Of a stretch of DNA of 64,000 nucleotides, positions 52,416 through 62,200 are shown piece after piece. The translations under genes were made by a program, and so were the position numbers. The notes under the pieces were generated by a model. It was not told the DNA's origin and did no database searches. It worked only from the letters and a program-made list of their open reading frames with translations. This stretch comes from Basidiobolus meristosporus CBS 931.73 (lineage: Eukaryota; Fungi; Basidiobolomycota): positions 1,543 through 65,542 of the forward strand of contig MCFE01000503.1 of assembly GCA_002104905.1 (NCBI GenBank), written 5' to 3'. The number at the start of each line of letters is the position of its first letter. Within the stretch, counting starts at the first letter, position 1.

Positions 52416-52519
52416 AAAAGTATAAATACTACTTCTACATTCAATAAATCATTAAGTGAAAACCACATAATCTACTTGTCCTCCCAGTCACTTCCAATAT
52501 CTCCAAGACTCTTACAACA
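52255..52519. repeat. Fold-back (hairpin) LTR: 109-bp inverted arms 52255-52363 and 52411-52519 with a 47-bp loop
   Basis: Arms are reverse complements at 108 of 109 positions. Confidence 0.95.
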
Positions 52520-52599
52520 TATGTAACATATCCACAACAGAAAACTTGCAGATTAAATCTAAGAAAAGAGCTTTGGAGAGATACTATCATACTTGAGGG

Positions 52600-52925
52600 C
52601 TATGTACTTGGTGACCAGCTTAATAAAGAATCTAGTATTGCTACAAACTTTGCAACACTTTTAACTGCCAAAGACATCACAGATTGTGCAACTTCTCACC
52701 AACTTTTATCAGTTGAGTCACATGTCTTGCTTTTATCATAGAGCCAAGCACATTGCCACAAATTACCATTTTTTTAGAGTGGATATAGAGTATAAACAGG
52801 TTGGCCTTGCTTGTTGCCATATTTTTGAAGTGATGGCAGATTTGCCTATAAAACACTATCAAAGTCCATTTGAATATCCTGAACCACTAATGGGATCAGT
52901 TAATACAAATAGAGTCAAATAGAAG
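52600..52925 (+). mobile_element. Very old copia RNase H remnant (different family)
   Basis: FYHRAKHIATNYHFFRV..VMADLP resembles FH.RTKHIDIRYHF..M.AD..TK. Confidence 0.6.
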
Positions 52926-53018
52926 TGCTCTAAGGATTGAGCTTGAGCTGAGAAACTGCCACTAACTGAGACACTTCAGACATAGCTACTGACATTTATT
53001 AATTTTAACCCATGTTCT

Positions 53019-53352
53019 TGTTGTAAGAGTTTTGGACATATTGGAAGTGATTGGGAGGACAAGTAGATTATGTGGTTTTCACTTAATGATTTATTGAATG
53101 TACAAGTAGTATTTATACTTTTACATGGTCTTGGCATAGCAAACATGTAGAATAGGTTAAGGAAGGTCCCAAGAACATGTGTGCAAAGTTTGGGGCTGTT
53201 TGGACAACTTATCTAATTTCATGTTCTGGGTAAGTAATCTAAGTAAATCCCAACAGGGAATTTGGCAAGAGTTCCTCAAGACTTGTAGACAAAAGATACA
53301 ACAGTCACTTACACTCAATAAATTAAAAAAGTGAAAACCACATAATCTACTC
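53019..53352. repeat. Truncated copia-A LTR (minus, 53019-~53270) followed by a short plus-strand LTR piece (~53316-53352); last TE sequence before the gene block
   Basis: Direct homology to the copia-A LTR. Confidence 0.85.
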
Positions 53353-54094
53353 ATGCTTTGATTCACCGAGTCTCTATCGATCATGAAGTAAAGCTGCATA
53401 TTCCACTTGTTCCACAAACCACTTCTATTAATTCCAAAATTCACATAGCAGGAATATTGTCATAACACCACCAGATGAATTTCGTAGGGCTGGGGCTTAT
53501 ATATATTCCGTATGGTATTCTGCCGTAACAATCCATATCCACCTGCAAGACCAAACTATCTTTCCTAGGGCAATTGGCAAGTTATTGGCAACAATCCGGT
53601 GTCCTGCATATTTTACATGGGTAGCAAACAACGTTTACACGCATGAGCAACAACATGATTCCATGAACTGGAGGAGCTGAGCATGCACTTTCCCTGTTGG
53701 ACCTCTAACGGAATCTCCCCCCCCCAATCCACCATGACGTCGCAAGAAAACCGGTAGAAATTACACGCACTGGATCTTTGGTGGTGGATGCAAATGTCAC
53801 CAAAACAAATCACATCTGTGGAAATATTCGAAGTTCAGTTCAACTGCATTGCTTTCTCCTGCTTTCCCAGTCGAAAAATAAAGCTGCGTAACAAAGAAAT
53901 CGTGTAAAGTCCGCAGCATACTGATTGATCCGATTTCAACAACTACCCAATGCCAGTCACGTTAAATACTCCAACGTTTATTGAGAACAACGAAGGCAAA
54001 ACTAATGGAGCATAATGATATGACGATGAAGCTATCTCGCTACCGAGTAAGGGTCTAGGTGGTACCTAGTTGGTGGGATGTTTGAGGGGATGAG

Positions 54095-57003
54095 TTAAGG
54101 CTGGGCTGGGGAGATGCTTTCGTAGCTCCACAAGCGAGCACGACAATCTCCGGATGCGGTAGCGAACAGGCCACCCACCGGACTCAAATTGATGGAGATC
54201 ACTGGTGATCGAAGGGCTGATTAGTGATGCGTCTTACTGTTGGGCGAATGAACCGGTTGGTTACCTGAATTTTTGTGTCCCTGAAGCATGAACTGAGTGT
54301 GTGCGGTGTTCGGATCCCAGAATTGAACCCCGCGATCCTTGGACCCGGATACTATCCAGTTCCCGCATGGGGAGCATGCCACGGACAAAACGAAGTCCTA
54401 ACAAAGATCCATTTTCGGTTCAGCAACTCCTCGGCCCATTGGTCAAAAGCCGGGGACATACCTTGTGTCCAACGAAAGTGGTCCTGCATGGGTTGGGCTT
54501 CTGTCCCATGTTGTTGGCATTCTTACTGCTGAGGATATCCCAGAGTTTGATCGTCTTGTCCAGAGATCCGGAGATGAGGGACTTGCCTAGAGATGGACAT
54601 GAGATTGCCGCTCGTCAACAACACACAACACTTCCGTGGGACCAACCGTCTGGTGTGAACGCGATAGAATAGACGCTATCCTTGTGGCCCTCGAGTTTCT
54701 CCAAGAGCTGTCCGGTCTGAACATCCCACACTCTGACCATCTTATCCAACGATCCTGCGGCCACTAGACGCCCATCTGGGCTGAACGCAACTGAAGTGAC
54801 TCCGGCTTCCTTGGGGCCGTTCTCTTCGATCATAAGAGTATATACACACTTGCCGCTATCCATGTCCCAGATCCTAGCGGTCCTATCCCCAGATCCCGAC
54901 ACGACCAGACGGCCGTCTCGAGAGAAATCGAGGGAGTAGATGTCCTGCTCGTGGCCTTGGAAAAGATTGCGGATCCTTCTCCTGGCGATGTCCCAGATCT
55001 GAAAGTGTCAAGGTCAAGGTCAGTACGAGCGCTCGTTGTCGATGTATAGGGGACTCCACCCACCCGGATCTGCTTGTCCTCAGCCCCGGTGGCCAGGAAC
55101 TTTCCGTCGGGACTAAAGCAAACCGCTCTGATGTAAAGGTCCCCATCTCTGTTGGCCGCCTCGTCCTGCAAAACACTGGAAGGACACGTGAGTCACGGGA
55201 AATCGCTCGGACGGAAAACTCCAAAGTTACCAAATCTTGCTTCCGTTCTGGACGTCGTAGATCTGTGCACTTCTGTTACACCCGGTGGCCAGATACTTGC
55301 CATCGTTGCTAAAGCGGACGCAGCAGACGACACTAAAGATGCGTGAGCCATGAGAAGGTAAGGCTTTGAACTCGCGCCGGAGCGATCCGAACTGTACCTG
55401 CTATGGTCCAACGTGTGAGCTAGATCGACATTCAGCTGGCGGGGAACTCGGGGGTTGAAGCTGTGGAGAGGCAACTTTAGGTCGCTGGCGATCTCTGGGC
55501 AATCCTAAAGGTGACTTACATGGCAAACCAATCCGACCCTTCACGCTTGAGTCCAGATGGGAGATTCTCGAGATCTACGTCGTTGAAGCTGCCATTAGCA
55601 GAGCCAGGGCCCTTGGCGGAGGGGGCCCGAACAGGTCCGGCGACAGCAGACTGCTGGGGTGGGAGACCGCCGTTGCTTGGCTTGCGATTCATGCCTTGGG
55701 GACTAGCGCCGGAGTAGGGGGGCCCGTTCTGAGGAGGTCCTTGCTGAGAGTCCGGCTGCACACCCATCGGTGGTTGAGAAGTAAGCGGCCCTTGGTGTCC
55801 CATCTAGTATAAAGAATGAAGGTTAGTCGGCGAATATGATTGCTGAGAATTCCCGTAACACCCACCGGATGATTTTGCGGACTACCTTGCATATAACCTA
55901 CGTATGTGGTAGAAAACACGCAAACGTGTGAGTTTTATTATATATAATATATTAACGATTATATAAGCTACCCATCGGAGGCTGGCCGGGTCCTTGTCCC
56001 ATCATCCCAGGCAACTGGTTGGGCGGTTGGCCTGGCACCGGAGGTGAGGATGTTGGGACAGAGCCGTACATGGACGGCTGTTGCATCGGAGGCTGTGACT
56101 GTCCAGCCATATGATGCGGAGGAGCATCCGAGTCCCCTCGCAGCCTTTTGTTGGGCGGCTGGTGGCCACCTTGTGGTGGTGGGCCTTGTTGTGGTGTGCC
56201 GGGAGGGCCACCGCTGGAGTAAGCGGATAGCCCTGGAGGACCAGATCCCGGACCTGGATATCCTGGATGTTGTGGTTGTGGCTGTTGATTTGGATCCATC
56301 ATCTGAGGTGGTGCCGCTAGAGAATTGGGACCGTTTTGTGCACCGCTCATGATTCCGCTAAATAGGTTGGATGGGCCATGGCCGATGTTGGGAGGTGCCG
56401 GTTTGTGAGTTTGATGTGGTGTACCGCCGCTTTGAGGGTGGGAACCGCGTGCCTCCAGCTCGCGACGAAGCCTCAATATCTCCTCTTCGTATCTGGAAAC
56501 ATGGAGAAGTGTAAGTATACCAGCGTAGAGTGGACATAGAACGTAGCATAGAGGTGGGCAAGCTCTTACTGTTGTTTTATCTTCTGGTGGGTTCTCTCAA
56601 GTTCATACAGATTCTGCTGGAAGCCGGTCATCTCGTTTAGCTGTGCAGAAACTAAAAGGGGTATGAACGTTAGTCGTTCATCTCAAGAATTGACATTCGA
56701 CGAAGTTGGGTGGCGAGCCCAGAGCCATGGGGAAACAGGGAGGCTTTCAAGCGAGGGAACGCTCCACGTGACCTGATAATTCAGTACCAGGATATCGCGT
56801 AGTTTAGATGGAACCACCTGTCGACCTGTCCGGCACATAAAAGAAAACTTACTCTTGTGCTCAAACTCGTCACGTTGCATCTTAAACATGGACACATCTT
56901 GATTGACCTGTTCAAACTCGACTTTCAAAGCATCTAGAAGTTCGGGAATTCTACTGCCGGCCCCGGCAGGAACCATGGGACGATGATTATAGATGTTTGA
57001 CAT
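54095..57003 (-). CDS. TUP1: Tup1 general transcriptional co-repressor (Tup_N coiled coil, Q/P-rich linker, WD40 repeats), ~687 aa, 12 exons
   Basis: Exons 56853-57003, 56570-56651, 55972-56492, 55866-55897, 55520-55803, 55398-55460, 55231-55332, 55064-55175, 54647-54998, 54462-54586, 54265-54397 and 54095-54201 (2064 nt, in frame, all GT-AG); [82 protein letters not shown]. Confidence 0.95.
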
Positions 57004-57491
57004 CTCCGCGACTACTTGCGTAAACTGACTGTCAAATGGGGATGACTCTTGTACTTCGAAACGCAAATTTGGTTGGGTCGAAGTTGGAAAAAAATAGACG
57101 GCCGAGTTTTTCTTTCAAAGATGGGATATCACAGAGATTAAGCAAGCGAGAGGAATCTTGTGTAGATATATGATCATTCCTTTTAATGAGTGAATTTTCA
57201 ACCGCCATAGGTTATTAAGGGGGAAAGATCAAGAACCCTCCTCACTTCGCTTGGTATATTTTTGGTTTACGCTTTTTATCATATAACCTTGGCCCTTACG
57301 AGATTGTCCACAAATTTTCACCGGGATTCCCCATATTTGGAAATCGGGAAAATAATATCGGTTGTGGTTTCGGTTGTGGTTTCATTTTGGATTGTACTAG
57401 CCCTTCATCAAATATTCTCAGTAAAATAACCACCTGATGCTGGAGTTGTGCGTTGTGCGTTGTGGGAAATCGATGGTTGCTTAATGGTAGC

Positions 57492-57563
57492 GGCTCAATG
57501 GTCTAGTAGTATGATTCCTCGTTCGGGTCGAGGAGGTCCCGGGTTCAATTCCCGGTTGAGCCC
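57492..57563 (+). tRNA. tRNA-Pro (anticodon CGG), intronless
   Basis: GGCTCAA/TTGAGCC acceptor stem, CCTCG-TTCGGGT-CGAGG anticodon arm, CCGGG-TTCAATT-CCCGG T arm; D-loop AGTAGT instead of AGTGGT. Confidence 0.93.
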
Positions 57564-57573
57564 GAAGATTGAA

Positions 57574-57578
57574 TTTTT
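57574..57578 (+). terminator. Pol III terminator (T5) of tRNA-Pro
   Basis: TTTTT beginning 11 nt downstream of the tRNA 3' end. Confidence 0.65.
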
Positions 57579-57754
57579 GCATCTGCCCGGTGTTAAGGAG
57601 CAGGCCTTGCGTCAATCTGAAGACAATGAAAGGGCAAAGCAAAAGACGAGGCAGTGATGTATAGGAGGGAGGATGGAAACAGTTCTCCGAGCATGTTTAA
57701 TGTGAAATTATGTATACATAAGTAGTGTAATTCTGACGATCCAAAAGTTTCCAG

Positions 57755-58305
57755 TTATGCGGTGGGCTTGGTTTTCTTGACCTTCTTTCTCTCCTTCTTC
57801 TTCAAGGCGTCCATCTGCACCTTCATGATGTTGCCATACGAATCGAGGAATTTCTCGTAATCGGCCGGTTGTACCTAGAATCAACATACCCAGCTAAATA
57901 GTTGAACAGTCGGGGATTCGTGGGGGGAATACTTAAGTACCAGGGTACTGATCTTGGCATTTCCACAGCTGGCTCGGACCAGAGTGGAGTATTCGGTCTC
58001 GTCGGTCACTTCGACTGTACTTCCCTTCTTTTTGACGTCGTGATCAACTACGAAAACAGAGCCAGCAATCAATCAACTTAGTGGACGACAAAGATTCCCA
58101 CGTAAGTAAAAAGGCCTACATCTTTTCATGTTCAAGTACACGGTTCCTGAGGTTTTGGACTTTTCAAAGAAACGGGTGACTTGTGTGAGAAACTAGAAAA
58201 AGATTAGCACGAGAAAGGAACAAAGTGTGCTCAAAATCCGGAGAGAACTGCAACAACAAAGGGATGAATGAATAGTGTATATACCGAATCGTTGTCGACA
58301 AGCAT
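57755..58305 (-). CDS. SRP14: Signal recognition particle 14-kDa subunit, ~106 aa, 4 exons
   Basis: Exons 58285-58305, 58120-58192, 57941-58047 and 57755-57874 (321 nt): MLVDNDSFLTQVTRFFEKSKTSGTVYLNMKR..LVRASCGNAKISTLV..YGNIMKVQMDALKKKERKK. Confidence 0.88.
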
Positions 58306-59164
58306 CTTTTTGTGTGGGTCGGTCTCTAATTCTGCTCGAAGCTAGGTAGAAATGAAATAATTCCAACGAGAGCAACCTTATCGTGGTGCATCGCCATCAG
58401 CTTTTTGTGGCATGAACCTTGATTAACCGGGATAAATACGGATTTAACTTGATTGATTTTGGACACTTTGAATAGTCTAATCAGCATGGCTATTCAGGTT
58501 ACATGGATTAGTCGACCTCCTTCAGAACACTCACGGCACATCCACATAACCCAATTGGTTGTCGTTGATAACAAACACAGAGGTGCTTTGTTTTGATGGA
58601 CACTTGCCGTATTACTATTTTAATCAACAACACTAAGCATCTATCGAGTCTGGTTAGTGGCTTCCCAAGCATGAATGTTGTGGATGATTACGACATCATC
58701 TAGATACCCCAAATATTCAGGGGACTCGAAGGATAGTAAGTACGTCAATGCTATGGCCGGTGGAAATCCCCAGGATCAACGATTGTTATTTTACGTAATA
58801 AAAACAAGATTGCTACGATGACGGATTTTGAGCGATATTTTTGATGAGCCATGAGCTTGATATTTACTCCTGGTGATAAAGGTCGAATCAGGGCCGCCCA
58901 CGCTGATATAAAATTTCTTGGATAGATTTCACCCGCTGGGTCAGATTTGTTTAAACTACTCCAAGTGCATATTACGTTGGCTCGAAAGATTATTTCCCCT
59001 GCCAACCTTAACAATTTTCGTTAGTAGCCGTGGCGAGCCTGAACGTCACATTTCATTCTCCAACCTCACCTAGACTACTTTCGAGTTTGACTTAGAAATC
59101 AAGGTATTTTATCTTCTTCCCGTTAATCTAGTTGTTGCGTGCTGGCCAGGGCGCTGGTATATAA

Positions 59165-59210
59165 GTAAGTGTCTGGAAACAAACTAATCTTCTTCATCCA
59201 TCGTTCCTAG
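59165..59210 (+). other. Probable 46-bp 5'-UTR intron of SEC24
   Basis: GTAAGT donor, CTAAT branch, pyrimidine tract, TAG acceptor ending 20 nt before the ATG. Confidence 0.5.
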
Positions 59211-59230
59211 TGAATTTTCCTTGTGACAAA

Positions 59231-62200
59231 ATGTCCAACGCGCCTCCCAATAATTTTCCTCCACCACCAGGTCAAACTCGGTCTCCAAGACCACCTATGT
59301 CTGGCCCACCTTCTAATTACCCACCTCCTGGCCAGAGTCAATCTCCAAGACCTCCGACGGCTGGCTCTCCACGTCCCCCTATGGGTCAACCCCAACGCTC
59401 ACCTGTGATGGGTGGAGCAAGGCCACCTATGAACGGGCCACGTCCATCATCTCCTTTTCCTCCTCAGGCTAAACCGGGCCCTCCATCTGCCTACTCACCA
59501 ATGCCACCAAACTCCCAACCATATGGTCAAGCTGGATCTCCACCTCCCAATATGAGACCCCCTCCTCAAGGGGCAGCTTCCCCATCTTTTAATCATCAAA
59601 ATCCGGCTGCCAACATGCAACCAAGACCTGGATCTCCTGGTCCGCAAGCTCAGATGGCCCCAAGACCTATGTCACCACCTCTTCCTCAGGCTCAACAACC
59701 TGGCCCTGGTCAGCCAGGTTTGATGCAGAGACAATTTGTCCCACCTGTTAGCGGAAGATCTCCTGTGATGCAGGGTGCTCCCGTCCCCTCACCTCGTCCG
59801 CCTATGCACAGCCCCAACGCAGTGCCACTGATGAACCCCCAACAGCCCATTCAATCTCCACAGCTCAACAGTTTTGCGCCTGTCCAGCCTGATGCTGCCG
59901 CCCCTCCCGGCTCACCACCGGCTAACGCAAGTAGCCCAGGACAGCGTAGGAGAATGTATCCTGAGCAGATAGCAACTGCCTATACTCAAGGCGACGCCAA
60001 CCAGCAGACCAACTATCCTGGCCCAGCATCTGGCCAATCCGATCCTGTTCCTGGAGCCCAAGGCTCGCAGTTCTTTGTGCCTGGCCTCCAAGGACAAACC
60101 TCCCCAGTGATGGGTTACAGCCAGCCCCAAACTCCTGGATACGCCGGCGGACAGGCCTACGGACAGCAGTTCAACAATATGCAGAATCAGTTTAATAGCA
60201 TGGCACTTGGTGGTCAAAACCAGCTCTTCCACACGCCCCTGATAGGCACCCCACTTAATCCAGCCGAATTGGACTTACCGCCTCCCGCCATTAATCTGCC
60301 CCAAGGCGCCGCCGTTACCGCATCCCCCAAGACTCTGTGCGATCCCTCTCTTAAGCGTTGTACCTTCAACGCCATCCCCCAAAACTCCAACATATTGAAG
60401 AAAAGCAAGATCCCCTTCGGTTTGATCTTGACCCCATTCAAGCTGGATAAGCAGAACCCCGATGACATCCCAATCTCTCACGAGATCATCCGTTGCCGTC
60501 GTTGCCGTACGTACTTGAATCCGTTCATTCAATTTGTGGATGGTGGTCGTCGTTGGAAGTGTAACATGTGCTTCTTCACCAACGATGTTCCAAGCACATT
60601 CGATTACGACATTCAAAGCCAGCAGCCCATCGATCGTTTCCAGCGACCAGAACTGACCCATTCGGTGGTCGAATACATCGCCCCTGCCGAGTATATGGTT
60701 CGCGCCCCACAGCCTCCCGTTTACCTGTTCTTGATTGACGTGTCGCACACCGCCGTTCAGTCCGGAATGGTTGCCACCGCTGCCAGAACCATCTTGGAAT
60801 CTTTAGACCGTATCCCTAACGAGGACAAAAGAGCCAAGATTGGTTTTATCACCTATGACAGTGCCCTTCACTTCTACAATCTGAACAGTGAGCTCTCTGA
60901 ACCCCAGATGCTCGTGGTGTCTGATTTAGAAGATCCATTCATCCCTATGCCCAATGATTTGTTGGTGAACCTCAACGAGGGACGTCCCATTGTGGAGTCC
61001 TTGCTTTCCCGTCTTGGCGAAATGTTCAAGAGTACCCATAACGTTAGCAGTGTTCTCGCGCCTGCTCTCCAGGCTGGTCTCAAGCTCATCTCCGCCATCG
61101 GTGGAAAGATCATTGTGTTGCAGAACACCTTGCCTACCGATAAGGAGGGTGGTCTAACTGCCCGTGAGGATGTGAAGCTTCTCGGAACACCCAAGGAGTC
61201 GAACCTCCTACAGCCAGCATCCCAGTTCTACAAGCCATTCGCTGTTGACTGTTCTCGCGCCCAAGTGTGCGTGGATACTTTCATTTTCGGCACCCAGTAT
61301 ATTGATTTCGCTACCTTGAGCGGTGCCTCTCGCTTCTCCGCCGGTCAGTCATACTTCTATCCTGGCTTCAACGCCGGAAAGTCCGAGGATGCCGTCAAGT
61401 TTGCCAACGAGTTCTCCGAGTTCCTGTCATGTCCAGCTGGACTTGAAGCTGTTTTGAGAGTCCGTGCTTCCAAGGGATTGAGAATGACCGCGTATCACGG
61501 AAACTTCTTCTTAAGATCGATGGATCTTCTTGCCCTTCCCAACGTCACCCCCAACCACACCTACAGCGTGGAGGTCACCATCGACGAGCCGATCGAAACC
61601 TCTGTTGCTTGCTTCCAGACCGCCTTGCTGCATACTAGCTGCAACGGAGAGAGACGCATCAGAGTGTTGACTCTAGGCTTGCCGGTGGCCAACAATATCT
61701 CCGAAGTCTTCAAATCCGCTGATCAGGTCGCCATTGCCACTCTTTTAGCAAGAAAGGCTGTGGAGAGATCGTTGAGCACGAAGCTGGAGGATGCTAGAGA
61801 CGCGTTGATCAACAAATGTATCGACATTCTCGGTATCTACAAGACCGAGCTGACGTCGGTTGGAACCGGCGCCTCTCCACAGCTTCAAGTATGCCACAAC
61901 TTGAAGATGCTCCCGTTGTTGGTGCAAGCACTCATCAAGCATGTGTCTCTTCGTGGTGGTTCCCAGACGCCCAGTGATGTGCGTTCATTCGCCATGAGCC
62001 TTGTTAATACTATGCCAGCGGAGCTATTGATGAGATACATCCACCCCAGATTCTACGCCCTTCATAACATGCCACCTGAGGTCGCGGTCCCCACAGATGA
62101 TGGCTCCGCCGTCATGATGCCACAGCCGCTGCCATTGAGCAGCGAGAGATTGGAGCGCAACGGGTTGTTCTTGTTGGAGAGTGGACAGCACATATTCTTC

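Noticed and set aside
1-53352. Recurring 349-bp and ~1-kb repeats as a CRISPR-like or satellite array
   Set aside because: They are LTRs with TG..CA ends, PBS/PPT and TSDs; there is no repeat-spacer periodicity and the DNA is eukaryotic
1-53352. Classical CpA-to-TpA RIP
   Set aside because: CpA remains abundant in the repeats; the depleted dinucleotide is CpG
53600-53890. Short open frames between the TE border and the TUP1 3' end
   Set aside because: No homology recognised and no convincing splice or start context
56683-57066. ORF-track start (57066) for TUP1 and start 59210 for SEC24
   Set aside because: Both use non-ATG starts; the ATGs at 57003 and 59231 fit conserved N-termini
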